Shown here one piece after another: positions 1-12,294 of a stretch of 64,000 nucleotides of DNA. The DNA comes from Octopus vulgaris (taxonomy: Eukaryota), in NCBI GenBank assembly GCA_951406725.2, contig OX597824.1, positions 84,878,001 to 84,942,000 on the forward strand. Direction: 5' to 3'. Numbering within the stretch: the first letter of the stretch is position 1; every line of letters begins with the position of its first letter. The notes under the pieces are model-generated. The model had not been told where the DNA came from, did no database searches, and was given only the letters and a program-made list of their open reading frames with translations. Position numbers and translations under genes: made by a program.

Positions 1-147
1 TTAGCCTCATACTGGTACCATTATCATCAGCCAAATTAACTCCTTACTCAACTGATCCTTCAACAGTTTTTCTCATGTATTCTAAACTTCCAAGCAAACA
101 CTCCAACATTTAAAAAGAACCTTTTTAAAAAAAACTGATCGACCTAC

Positions 148-237
148 CTAACATTTGCTAAATGTTTTCTGTTTTCAGCTGCTTTCTGCTTCCTCTGTAG
201 ATCTTTCTGTCTCTTTTCTTTCTTTATCCTATGTAAT
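148..237 (-). CDS. CNOT4: CNOT4 coding exon 5 (coiled-coil linker into RRM: (E)LHRIKKEKRQKDLQRKQKAAENRKHLANV(R))
   Basis: Acceptor ttgtcctgtAG (238-239), donor GTaggt (147-146), 90 nt, phase 2-2. Matches the NOT4 motif ...KQK..ENRKHLA.VRVVQKNLV. The gene continues off the left edge. Confidence 0.95.
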
Positions 238-425
238 CTACAGGACAAGATTCTGCATTGTAAATACTTAAAATAAAACATCAGACAGCAAAATTAACAT
301 GTACAATGATGGAAAGATTTCTCTTCTCTTCTGTTTGCAAGTAAGGATAATAGTCTACAAAAAAATGTAAAAGGATGAAATGTTTTAAATGCTAAGGAGC
401 CAATATAAACAATATAAACCTATTG

Positions 426-495
426 ACTGACTTGACAGCATTCGCCCGGGGTGGGTTGAGCTGGCTTCATTCATCCTCAATGCTGCATCTCTCAC
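426..495 (-). mobile_element. Very short 3' tail of an RTE-like retroelement
   Basis: Minus strand gaagccagctcaacccaccccgggcgaatgctgtcaagtcagtc resembles the 3' end of the element at 13926-14211 (gaagccggctcaacccgccctgggtgaacgccgtcacaaatacaagta). Confidence 0.6.
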
Positions 496-496
496 A

Positions 497-552
497 ATTG
501 ATACAATAGGTTTCTCTCAGAGATGAGAGTGAGAGAAACCTATTGTATCAAT
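497..552. repeat. Perfect 23-bp inverted repeat with 10-nt loop
   Basis: attgatacaataggtttctctca (497-519) / tgagagaaacctattgtatcaat (530-552). Confidence 0.9.
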
Positions 553-2674
553 GCTAAGGAGCTATTATAAATCTATTGTATCAACCACAAATTTATACAT
601 CACATGCATGTAAAAGAACACACTCAGACATATATGCCCATTAAAAATATAGAGCCTGGTTAGAACATACCACAAGCAACCATTTCAAGATAGAGTTCCT
701 TCCTATGTTGTTACAATTATTTGGCAAGAAATATTGCAGGAAACTTAGTTGAATAGTAAAATCTTAAGGTTATATTACTTAATGTTCTAAAAACATTAAG
801 AAAATAATTTCATTAAGCATGAATTTTAATAACAGAGAAAGAAAACTAAATAGCTATGATGTTGATACAATTTCAAATTGTATGAGTTCAGGCGAAACAA
901 CTGAGAACAGAAACTAAGCTGAATTGAAGAACTTATAATATGACATCAACATTGTTCATAGATATAAAAAAGACATAAGTACCACAAGGTATTTAATCCG
1001 AGTTAGATTCCTACCCAAAGGCAACTTTACCTGTCAGCATTTCAAACATGATTAAACACTTGTTGACCACCAGTGTCAATTTGATCCACAGAACCTCTCA
1101 AAATGTTTGGCCTTGTGCTCAAATTAGGAATCAATATTATAAAATTAACCAGCTTTTTACAAAGAAAATTATAGGAATAAATGTGCTGAATAAAAACACT
1201 CACAGTTTCCACTGCATAACTGCAGTAGTGAAATTGTAATCTATCTCATTGAAGGTTAGAGAAGCTGTAAATAAGCAGCAAATGCATTTATCTATTTACA
1301 GCACTAACTTAGCAGACTAACGACCTTTGCATCGAAAAAATGATGTTAAAGAAATTTTTGCTGCAGCAATTATTTAGGTAGAAATACTAAGTAGTCATAA
1401 TCATTTAGGTAGAAGTCTATAAAAAAAAATCTCAAATTATTATTTATGACTGCTTTGGATGACTTCAACACTTCTTTCTTCCAATCCTCTTTCATCTATC
1501 TCTACCATGGATACACTATCAACTTGCAATAGGTTTTTTTTTTTTTTATTATCCTATTTCTTTATTGCCCACAAGGGGCTAAACATAGAGGGGGCAAACA
1601 AGGACAAAGGGATTAAGTCGAGTAGATCAACCCCAGTGTGTAACTGGTACTTAATTTATCAATCCCCAAAAGGATCTAGCCTGTATTCATCATCATTGTT
1701 TTACTGATCCTTTTTCCATGCTTGGATGCATCAGACAGAAATGCTGAAGCACATTTTTCTGTGACTGAATGCTCTTCCAGTTGCCAATCCTCACTGGTTT
1801 CCAAGCAAGGTAATATTTCCTCCTAAACAGACTGAAAATGAATGACACCACGTTTATGATGGTGATGATGATGCAAGCTTACATCTACCATGCAATGACA
1901 AGACAAGGAAACACCAAAAAAAGGACACCCCCCCCCCCAACCAGTTTCTTTCAATTTCTATCTTGCAACTCCACCCACAGGGTTTTGGCTAACCTCCAGA
2001 TATTGTAGAAGATACTTGCCCAAGGTGCCATGCAATCCATTCAAATTGCATATCTATAGTCAGTTTAGCTGTGTTTCTCTAGAGTCACTTTGTTACTTAT
2101 TTGAAGCCACTTTTTTTTTAAAATGCTGAAAATTTCAAAATGACTCAGAAAGGATTTTTGTAGTGCAGTGTCAAGAAATATCAATGGCTTGGAAAGTTTT
2201 CATCTATTGCTATTTTTATGACCATAACAATGAAAAGTAAATGGCATTTTGAAAGACTGCTATGATAAAATAAATTGCCTTAATTAACATGATTGTCTTA
2301 AAAGTTAGGACAATCAACTAATCAAGCCACTTTTGCTGCCATTGCATAGTGCTAACATAAAGTAGGTTAGTTAGGATTGTTGGGTGTGGTGACATTTTCA
2401 CTATCAGAACACACACACACAAACGATATAGATACCCACAACTCTTATTTTGAGATTGATGCTCTACGAAGATTAAGTAATGGTATCTAAAATAATTTTG
2501 CTTCGCAATATAAAAAAAAATGGTTTAAAGAATTCTAAAAAATAATCTGTGGTTTATAACAAACACAAGGAAAAATACCAAAAATGAAAATTTCAGGCTA
2601 GCAAAATATATCTGAATAAAACTTTTATGAACAACAACCAAAATGTCTACAGTACTTGAAATGAAAGTTACAAT

Positions 2675-2962
2675 CTATCTATCTATCTGCTCAGTCGAAG
2701 TCGACTCTCGGTTACTCGTTGGATCAGTGTCCTCCAGTCAGTTCTATCCTGGGCCGCTTCTTTCAGATTGGCTATTGCCATTCCCGTGTCACTCTTGATG
2801 GTGTCAAGCCAGCTGGTTCTTGGTCGGCCTCTCCCTCTCTTGCCACTGACCATTCCGAGCATGATGCCCTTCTCCAGGGATTTTCTCCGCATAATATGAC
2901 CGAAATATGCCAATCTATGCTTGGTGATCCTAGCTTCTAGCAACATTTTCGGCCTGATCTGC
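2675..2962 (-). mobile_element. 5'-truncated RTE (BovB-like) LINE, ORF C-terminus plus (GATA)n tail
   Basis: ORF 2683-2946 has RLAYFGHIMRR...GKRGRGRPRTSWLD...AAQDRTDWR, typical of the RTE C-terminus. Microsatellite tail. TSD ttacaat at 2668-2674 and 2963-2969. Confidence 0.9.
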
Positions 2963-3548
2963 TTACAATAGTAAAATTATTTCATCCATCTGGGAAACCA
3001 ACTGGTGTCAATGTAGGCACATAAATACTTAAAAAGCCATGTAAAAATAAAATAAACATGAATCTTAAATGTTAGAGTAAACTCTTCAAGAAAGTTGTTT
3101 TAAGAAATATTAGGGGACCCAACAGTCAATGCAACATCAGGACAATGCTGTTTCTAGAAATGCTTTAGTCAATAGCTTCTCATGTAACCTCTAAGCTAAC
3201 TTAGCAATTATCTCTCTACAAAACACCATGGAAATTCCTAACAACTTTATTGAGCTCCTTATGTACAAACATTTCATTCTGATTGGTAATTTCCATTTGG
3301 AATTTTTCCAAACAAGAATTCCATCCTAAATAGGGAGATACTAAGACAATGATCTTAGATCAATCTTCTTATATTTCAATGTCAGAATAGAAGTTTTTCA
3401 TCATTTGATTCCAGATTAAGAGAGTATACTTTAAAGGTAACCAACCCATCGCTGGCAATTGTAACAATACAGGTGAATAAAGATTTATACAATTCTCTTG
3501 AAATTTTTTATCATCAATAAATATTCCATAATTCTGAACATTACTTAC

Positions 3549-3595
3549 TCATCCTCTGTGAGTGGTTTGAATTCTGCAGGGTCTTCAGGGTATTG
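3549..3595 (-). CDS. CNOT4: CNOT4 coding exon 4 (QYPEDPAEFKPLTED(E))
   Basis: Acceptor tatttcAG (3596-3597), donor GTaagt (3548-3547), 47 nt, phase 0-2. Similar to vertebrate PYPEDPAVYKPLSQEE. Confidence 0.95.
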
Positions 3596-3644
3596 CTGAA
3601 ATAAGATTTTGTAGTTTGGTATGCATTTCATAAATTTTGTTTTA

Positions 3645-3689
<45 letters not shown>

Positions 3690-3874
3690 ATATAAAGAGA
3701 GAAAGAAAATCAAGACAGTGGGCATTTAAAGAGTCCATAACAGTAATCTAATTTCTTTAATGCTGAGCTGAAGGAAATGCTCCCCTGAATAAAGTGCTAG
3801 TCAATTACATAAAGAACTTTTCCCCAACTCGAATTTTAACAATCACCCCTCCTCTATCCCTCATTTGATAAACT

Positions 3875-3921
<47 letters not shown>

Positions 3922-4019
3922 CACACACATACAATAATCCCTTGCCATATCACAGTTCACCAATCATGGTTTATTATCTAAACTTACGTCAATTCCTCCC
4001 TGGTGTTTTGCATTTATAC

Positions 4020-4312
4020 TGGCACTTGTGCCAGTGGCATGTGAAAAACATTCGAGCGAGGTCGTTGCCAGCGCCATGTAAAAAACACCATTTGAGCATG
4101 GTCATTGCCAGTACCGCCTGACTGGCCCTCATGCTGGTGGCATGTAAAAGCACCCACTACATTCTCGGAGTGGTTGGCATTAGGAAGGGCATCCAGCTGT
4201 AGAAACTCTGCCAGATCAGATTGGAGCCTGGTGCAGCCATCTGGCCCGCTAGTCCTCAGCCAAACCGTCCAACCCATGCCAGCATGGAAAGCAGACGTTA
4301 AACCATGATGAA
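4020..4312 (+). mobile_element. SINE family C copy (internal tggcacgtaaaagcacc repeats, ggttggcgttaggaagggcatccagctgtag core, (GAT)n-type tail)
   Basis: Same core and tail recur at 9251-9590(-), 16195-16615(-), 22340-22600(-), 26663-26992(-), 33619-34137(-), 50484-50636(-) and 57160-57556(+). Family letters here are my own labels. Confidence 0.85.
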
Positions 4313-5079
4313 TAATAATAATAATAAATTTTTTTAAATATACAGTACTCTTTCTACTTTGTGGATTTTCAGCTACTGCAGGGATTTTGAAACATAACAC
4401 CCACAATAGATATATATAGAATTTAGTCCCCTTACCCAAAGATACACTGATGTGCCTGGTCCACTGCAGGATTACTCATTTTTGCTAGCTGAGTGTACTG
4501 GAGGAACATGAAATGAAGCTTTTTGCTCAAAAACATAATGAGTCATCTGGTCCAGGAATTGAAACCACAATCTTACAATCATGAGTCGAATACCCTAACC
4601 CACTCGCCTCTTAGGTTTGATAGGCAAGATATAGCTGGTTTGCATGTAACACATATAGAATATTTAGGCTGGATATGGCCGGTTTAAACACTAAAGGGTT
4701 AAAGAACTCATTTAGCTTCAGAAAAATGTCAGAGCAGCAAAGAAACTGGACTAGAAATAACAAAGAATTTGTTTTTGAAACAAGACTCAATGAAACCAGG
4801 TTGTTTCAATGATTACACTCAGGTTGTTAACAGCTAATAAAATGTTAGAAATAAATGAGAGTCAACAACCTTCCAATACAGAACGTAGTAGAGGACTTAT
4901 CACTAAGTGCCAAAGTAATTAATTGGTCAGAGTTGACACTTGTCTGGCACTGGTCACAATCAATTTATTGCTGTCTTTAACCAAAGTGGTGGCAGCAAGG
5001 AAATCAAGTAAATCAATGATTAGGTGAACACTGCTAATGACAGTTTCGTTTTACAGAGAGAGAAAAGAGAGCAACGTAC

Positions 5080-5145
5080 CTTCCTACATGCAGGACACAA
5101 CCCATTTTCATCTGTTCTTATTCTATGCCAACAAAATCTGCATAT
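5080..5145 (-). CDS. CNOT4: CNOT4 coding exon 3 (second half of C4C4 RING: ICRFCWHRIRTDENGLCPACRK)
   Basis: Acceptor cttttacAG (5146-5147), donor GTacgt (5079-5078), 66 nt, phase 0-0. Matches the NOT4 RING motif. Confidence 0.97.
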
Positions 5146-5615
5146 CTGTAAAAGAGAACAAAAAATTAAGGTATTTAAATATTCAATCAATGTACAGAAA
5201 TTTAATGACAAAAATATAAAAGCCTTAAGTGAAAAGTTTCATGTAGTAATTTATTTTACTACATGAACTGGTTGGGTGATTTATTTGCAGTACATACCTT
5301 GATGTTCATAAATTTCCCTCTAGGCATATCATTAACTATGAATTGCTAGTAAAATCAATACTTTTTAATGGTAAAACGTTAAAAAAAAGTGTGTTAACCA
5401 TTCCGACTGACCAAGAAATAACAGATTTGTATCTTTCAGCTAACTAGTCAATCAAAAACAGGCTAAATTCATTTTGACAGCAATCTATTGCTAACTGAAA
5501 TTTATAAGAACAACTCCTACATCAACAGTTTCTACATTGAAGTGATACTGTTGAGACTGGAAGGGATCTATAATAATAATACACAGCTTATAATCTTAAT
5601 GGTATTACTCTAATA

Positions 5616-5854
5616 ATACTCAAGGCGGCGAGCTGGCAGAAACGTTAGCATGCCAGGCGAAATGTGTAGCCGTATTTCATCCGCTGTTACGTTCTGAGTT
5701 CAAATTCCGCCGAGGTCGACTTTGCCTTTCATCCTTTCGGGGTTGATAAATTAAGTACCAGTTACGCACTGAAGTCGATATAATCAACTTAATCTGTTTG
5801 TCTGTCCTTATTTGTCCTCTCTGTGTTTAGCCCCTTGTGAGTAGTAAAGAAATA
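5616..5854 (+). mobile_element. SINE family A, full-length tRNA-headed copy
   Basis: Head ggcggcgagctggcagaa...gagttcaaattcc (B-box-like), body gcctttcatcctttcggggttgataaattaagtaccag. 15-bp TSD ggtattactctaata at 5601-5615 and 5855-5869. Other copies near 1552, 11895, 30375, 30590 and 37257. Confidence 0.9.
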
Positions 5855-6419
5855 GGTATTACTCTAATATAAAGGACCTACAGTCCTACTAAATATGTCT
5901 GAATAAAACATACCCCAATTGCCATCTTAATACGTTAAATAAAATGGTAACATTGGCTTCTGATTCTCAGACTGAGCTAATTACTCCACCTCTATCTGAA
6001 CTTTATTCAATGCATTCTTCCATCACTATCTGCAGCTTTCCTTCACTCAGACTGTACTAAACACTTTGTCCAAAATCTTCTTCCATAACTTGCAGGGTCA
6101 GACAGGAGGGACAGCATCTATGATCTTTGCAGGACTCCACTAAACTGGTGATATTAATGCCATTAATTTTTCCTGTTGAACCTTTGTAAGCCAACACATG
6201 CAATAATATGAACAAGGAGAGAATTCCAGGGTACCAAATTCTGAGAAAGACTGAGTTTAGTGAGCAATGCAGGGCTTGGGGTGTTGGAACACAACAAGGG
6301 TGATGAGGAGGAGCAGAGATGAAAGGAATGGGAATTCCTGCGTAGAAGGAATGTATAAGACCAGCTAGCTCCAAGTTGATGCCTGGAGAGGAGGAAAAAG
6401 ACACAGAGGTAAAATTGGG

Positions 6420-6785
6420 AAGGCATGGCTGTGTGGTTAAGAAGTTTGCTTTGCAACCATATGGTTTCAGGTTCAGTCCCTCAGTGCAGCATCTTGGGCA
6501 AGTGTCTTCTGCTATAATCCCGGACCAACCAATGCCTTGTGAGGGAATTTAGTAGACAGAAGCTGGGTGCACGTGTGCATGCACGCATGTCTTTATACTC
6601 CACCACTTGACAACTGGTGTTGGGTTGTTTACAACCCTGTAATTTAGTAGTCTGACAAATGAGACTGAGAATAAGTAGCAGAATTTTTTTTTTTTTTTTT
6701 AAGTATTGAGGGGGAGGGGTGTTTGACTAAACCCTTTAAAGTGGTGCCCCCACATGGTCATGCATAGTACAATGACTAAGTATAA
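6420..6785 (+). mobile_element. SINE family B (tRNA head plus CORE-like ccttgggcaagt), diverged copy
   Basis: ggctgtgtggttaagaagtttgc...ggttcagtccc...ttgggcaagtgtcttc, collinear with the better copies at 34534 and 39844. Confidence 0.8.
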
Positions 6786-6800
6786 GGTAGTGATTGGTGC

Positions 6801-7204
6801 AAATATTCTTTTCTACTCAAGGCACAAGGCCCAAGGTCTTTGGGGAGGAGGGCCAGTCGATTAGATCGACTCCAATATGCAACTGGTACTTAATTTATCA
6901 ACCCCGAAAGGATCAAAGGCAAAGTTGACCGCAGCGGAATTTGAACTCAGAATGTAGAGAGACGAAATACCTATTTCTTTACTACCCACAAGGGGTTAAA
7001 CACAGAAGGAACAAATAAGGACAGACAAATGGATTAAGTCGATTACATCGACCCCAGTGCATAACTAGTACTTAATTTATCGACCTTGAAAGGATGAAAG
7101 GCAAAGTCAACCTCGGCAGAATTTGAACTCAGAACGTAGCGGCAGATAGAATACCACTAAGCATTTCGCCCGGCATGCTAAAGTTTCTGCCAGCTCACCG
7201 CCTT
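6801..7204 (-). mobile_element. Head-to-tail dimer of SINE family A inserted as one unit
   Basis: Two gaaaggcaaagt...atttgaactcag modules with different tails, and one TSD tgattggtgc at 6791-6800 and 7205-7214. Confidence 0.8.
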
Positions 7205-7854
7205 TGATTGGTGCTTATAGTAGCAGGAGAAAAAACAGAACTGGTAGCAAGGAAGAGAAACAAATGAGTCAGATGCGAATAGCTAATTCTGAGGAGCAGA
7301 GGTCATTGTAGTAATGGAGGTGTTTAGTCTCACAAACTGCTGGTTGCCATCTACAGTCCTCAGTAACAATTTCAATTTTTTTTCTTTTCAGTATCAGCAC
7401 AAGGTCATACATATTGGGACAGAGAACAGCAGATTAAAATCAATGCCAAAACTTGACTGATAATTATTTTTACTGAATTTATAATTTATTTTAAAAAATT
7501 TAAACCAAAAAAAAAAGCAAAGTCGGCTCCAGTGAGATTTAAACTGAAAATGCAAATGGATTTAATTAAATACTCGACAATAACAATAGTTCATATTTAC
7601 TCATATGTTTGTTCACCGCCATTAAAGAGGAATAATGCTGAAGTAGGAGGGTTTCAAATGAGAAATAGAATGTGAGGATGATTCAACAGCAGGAGGTATT
7701 TTGTTTTCATTTTAGTTCTATTATAATGCATTAATTCAAATTTAATATATTTTCAAAAGAAAGGAAAGAATTCAATATTTAACAGGGTTTTTTTTTTTTT
7801 TTTTTTAAACTTAGAGGATGTAAAATTCTGCTGTCTCATTTATTTCTGTCAACT

Positions 7855-7890
7855 TTTCCATGAAGAAGGATCCTGTCCAAAATGTTGGAG
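7855..7890 (+). other. Degenerate minimal hammerhead-ribozyme relic (Penelope-like)
   Basis: ttcc-ATGAAGA-agga-tcctg-tcc-AAAA-tgtt-ggag. Undoing two CpG transitions and one C>A gives ttcc-CTGAAGA...tcc-GAAA-cgtt-ggag. Lies next to a (TA)n tract. Confidence 0.45.
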
Positions 7891-8029
7891 CTTCCCATGA
7901 CAAGTTCACTCTCTTTATTGATTCTATTATCCATATATATATATATATCAATCACCTAATGTCCGCTTTCTATGTTGGCATGGGTTGGATGGTTTGACTG
8001 AGGACTGGCAAACCAAAAGGCTAGTCACC

Positions 8030-8192
8030 ATAATAGATCGGTAGCCACTACACACATTTTTTCCCTCTCCTTGTTTCTTTCTGTAGAAGAGAATAGGCTC
8101 AAAACATAAAAGACTTTTTCAATTCCCGAGCGTTATACTAATACATCAGTTTGTTTTCTACACCACCTGTCTTCCTCTTTTTCGTGACTTCT

Positions 8193-8195
<3 letters not shown>
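8030..8195 (+). mobile_element. Possible Penelope-type terminal repeat fragment ending at a (TA)n tract
   Basis: tcttt-ctgtagaa-gag-aatagg-ctc-aaaacat-a-aaaga (8076-8113) has a hammerhead-like layout with a decayed core, and is followed by (TA)n at 8196. Confidence 0.35.
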
Positions 8196-8234
<39 letters not shown>

Positions 8235-9250
8235 GAGGAGGAACACAAGTATGTATACTGGTTACAGGTGTAGCTGTGCATATAGGCATAGACATGGGCC
8301 TGAGGTTCAGGAGTTTGCTTCCCAACCACAGGGTCTCAAGTTCAGTCTCACTGCTTGGTACCTTGGGCAAATGTCTCCAGAACAATCAAGGCCTTGGGAG
8401 TGAATTTAGTAAACAGAAACTGAAAGAAGCCCATTGTGTGTGTGGTTTAAATTTTTACATCTAATTTCTCAGGTTTGCACAAATCAGACGCAGAGTCTCG
8501 CCTGTCAAATACTCTTCCTATCACAAACCATTAGTCATCTTCCAAAATAAACCCCATTCTACTGGTGCTTCATATTATCTACTGAACTATGAAGCATTTA
8601 GATTATTCTGAAAGTGGTTTACTTTTCCAATAAATATTAATCTGTATTATCTCCACCTAAATATTCCAAATATCATTCACATTAACAAGGAACTAAGATT
8701 AATAAATTGAGATAATTATATTATCAATATGGTTAGTAGATTAACACTTTTGTTACTCTATTTGCATGTTCTAACCCAAAGGCTGGGGCACCACTATTTG
8801 TTGAAATAACATAAAATTTCAAAGAAAGGTTTTAATTTATATAACTTGCAGGAGCAGTCCCAGGAGGGTTGCTATCAGAAGGGTTAAAATGCAGGATGTT
8901 TAATGAGGCTTTGAGTGCAAACCTTACAACTTATATAGGCTATGTACTCAAGGGAGAGAGAGAGACACTAGTATTTTCAGCTGAGCATAATAGAATGAGT
9001 AGAATTTTGTCTTATCTCTCAGCTGAACAGTTAGCAAGAGGAAAGACAGCAAATCATAATTCTGCTAACATTATACAAATATCTAAATAACAGACCTACC
9101 ACAGACATTTTTTTTTTTTTTATGTTTAGTCAAGAAGAAAGCATACCTATGACTCTTCACAGGTCCTCTAAGAATGGTGAGGAGAGAGACCTAGTCTTCA
9201 AAGTGAAGACCAGGCCTGAATGCTTGCAACAGAGTTAATTGCACTGAAAG

Positions 9251-9590
9251 ATCATCATCATCATCGTTTAACGTCTGCTTTCCATGCTAGCTTGGGTTGG
9301 ACGATTTGACTGAGGGCTGGCGAACCAGATGGCTGCACCAGGCTCCAATCTTGATCTGACACAGTTTCTACAGCTGGATGGCCTTCCTAATGCCAACAAC
9401 TCCGAGAGTGTAATGGGTGCTTTTACGTGACACCGACACGGGGGCCAGTCAGGCGGTACTGGCAATGACCTCGCTCAAATCATTTTACACATGCTACCGG
9501 CACAGGTGCCAGTAAGGCGACGCTGGTAACGATCACGCTCGAATGGTGCTTTTTACGTGCCACCGGTACGGAAGCCAGTTAGCCGGGGGG
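9251..9590 (-). mobile_element. SINE family C
   Basis: (CAT)n tail, gtttctacagctggatgg core, three ~60-nt internal units. Confidence 0.85.
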
Positions 9591-10879
9591 AGGGGGTACT
9601 AAACCATGGAATAGATTAAGTCACCCACCTAAGTAGGCCACTGTGAGATTTGAACTCAGACTGCAAAGAGCCAGAACATATACTACAAAGCATCCCAGTC
9701 AATGTGTTAATCATTTCACCAGTACAAAATCCTGGACAGGTCCTTTACCAATCCCAGAAGTATGAAAGACTAAGTTGACTTCAGTGGGATTAGCTCACCT
9801 CAATGGGATTGGGTGACATTGACAAGATTGATTGCCAGTCAGAAAAAAAGATAAATGGATGTAAAAACAGTAAAACAAACACAACCACAGTATATCCTTT
9901 GAGGATATCAACAAGGTTGGTTTTATTGGCTGCAAGGAGTGTTTCAACACTAACAAATTAAAAATATTGGAACTGTGTAAATAACTATGGACCAAAATTT
10001 GCTTCATTAGAATTATTTTATCAATATGAAAATAATGGGGTGCAGAAATGGTCAAATAGCAGATAATATGCTTTATGATATTTAATTACATCTCAAAATC
10101 GAGTCTTGCTGGGGCTAGCCATCTTTCATCTCTCTTTGTTGATGAAATGAGAATTAGTAATGTACCTGGTGGGTGGGGGGTGATGCTTAATTCAATTGAT
10201 TAATATTCTTTCCCTACAAATTCCTGATCTTGTTCCAATGTAGGAAATTAATATTAAAGATCTTTTCTCTGGAGTATATGGGTGCAGGAACGGCTGTGTG
10301 GTTAAGAAGTTAGCTTTGCAACTACAAGTTTTTCAGTTTGATCACATTGCAAGTGAGTTTAAATTGTCCTTTCACTATGGCTTCAACCAAGCTTTGAGAG
10401 TGAAATTCAGCAAACACAAATTATGTGGGAGTCTGGAGCAACTAGTTACAGAAGGTAGGCTTAATCCGTTGCCTGCTTTAACATCACTAAGTAGCTCTTA
10501 GGCATGAAGCCCACTCTTTTGTAAAGAGTTTGAGGTCAGTTCTTTGGTCCGAAGATAACTTGTTCCTTTCCTCCCGCCAGTACCAGCAACTCTAAAAAAG
10601 GGTCATGGATACTACCCTTCTTTTCCTAAACTAGCCACAAACTTTTTTTTTTTTTTAATTAAAAAAATTCCAGATGATATTTTAAATCAACAACAAAGTC
10701 TAGACCTTTTAAAACTATTAAACATTTTCCAATTTTTAACTTGTAGTATGTCCTTTTCAAATGTCAATCTGGCTGCTAGGCAAAAATAAGTTCCCTCGCA
10801 CTAATCAAAAATTTGACCACAATTCTATTAACTTTCTCTCTGTAATGTCTAACACTAAAACATTCTTTCTCCGTTGACT

Positions 10880-10979
10880 ACATCATCATCATCATCGTTT
10901 AACATCCGCTTTCCATGCTAGCATGGGTTGGACAATTTTGACTGAGGGCTGGCAAAATCGTCCAACCCATGCTAGCATG
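10880..10979 (-). mobile_element. Truncated SINE C tail with fold-back inversion at its 5' junction
   Basis: catgctagcatgggttggacaattttg (10914-10940) / caaaatcgtccaacccatgctagcatg (10953-10979), 1 mismatch. Confidence 0.85.
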
Positions 10980-12294
10980 ACCACTAAAATTGCTCAGTTG
11001 AAAGAGCATAAGACTTATGAGTCAGAGAGTAATCTGAGGGTTGCAGGTTCAAACTAGCTAAGTGAGTGAACTTTTGTCTTTTGCTTTTTTTTTTTTCTTT
11101 CTTTTTAAATGCAGGCTTAGCTGTGCAATTTTAAGAAGCTTGCTTTGCAACCACAGTTTCAGATTCAGGCCTGCTGCATGGCACCTTGGGTAAGCATCTT
11201 CTACTATAACCCCAGGCTAAACAATGCTCTGAGAGTGAATTTGGAAGACATGCGCATGCATGTGTTCTACCCCTTCACTACCTGACAACTGGTATCCATT
11301 TGTTTAGCTGTAATTTAGTAGGTCCAGCAATAGAGACTGATAGAATAGGTACCAGGCTTTAAAAAAAAGTACTGGAGGTCAATCTGTACCACTAAAAACC
11401 TTCCTGGGTCAAGCCCCAGCATGGCCACAGACCAATGGCTGAAACAGGTAAAAGAATAGAAGAGGTACCCACAATCCACCAGCAAATTTTTTAAATCTTG
11501 TTTTAAAATAACGGTGGTCTTGAAATCTGTTATATTTGCTTTGTTCTTTACTGGTTTGATATGGACTGTGGTCATACTGGAGCACAACCTTGGGTTTTGT
11601 TGATCAACTTCAGTACATATTTTTAATCTGGCACTTTATAGGTCATCTCTTATTGAACCATTAAGTTATGAGAATATAAACAAACAAACACCAGCTGTCA
11701 AGCACTGAGAGAGAAAAATACGCTTGCAGGCAGTTTTTATCTACTAAGTACACCCACAAAGCACTGGTTGACCATGGGCTACAGTAGAAGTCACATGTCC
11801 AGAGTGGCATACAGTGGAAATGAACTGAAAACCCTGTAGCTTAAAAGTGAACCTATTAAGCAACCATACCTGCACATTAAGTCATTATTGTATCAGCTTC
11901 AAAATTTTGGCACAAGGCCAGCAGTTTTTGGGGGGGCGGGGCTCAGTCAATTAAATCAACCCCAATTCTCAGCTGGTACTTATTTTATCAACTCCAAAAG
12001 GATGAAAGGCAAAGTCGATCCCAGCAGAATTTGAACTCGGAATGTAAGGACGGACAAAATGCTGCTAAAACATTTTGCCCATTGTGCTAACAACTCTACC
12101 AGCTCACTGCCTAACTGTTTTGTCATATCAATACAAAATCAGGTCACTTGAAGATAAGCAGAGAATATGCTGACTTGATGCTGCTCAGAACAATGGACAC
12201 ACATGATTGGATTAAAACTGGAAAACTCATACTACTGGTCGTTACTAGCAAGATTTACACCCAAAACTTAAGATAAAAAGCTACATTCAATGAT

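Noticed and set aside
4014-4439. Recurring ORFs with LQSDLAEFLQLDALPNANHS (also 16246, 22381, 26698) as a protein family
   Set aside because: These are translations of non-coding SINE C copies, with inconsistent frames, starts and strands.
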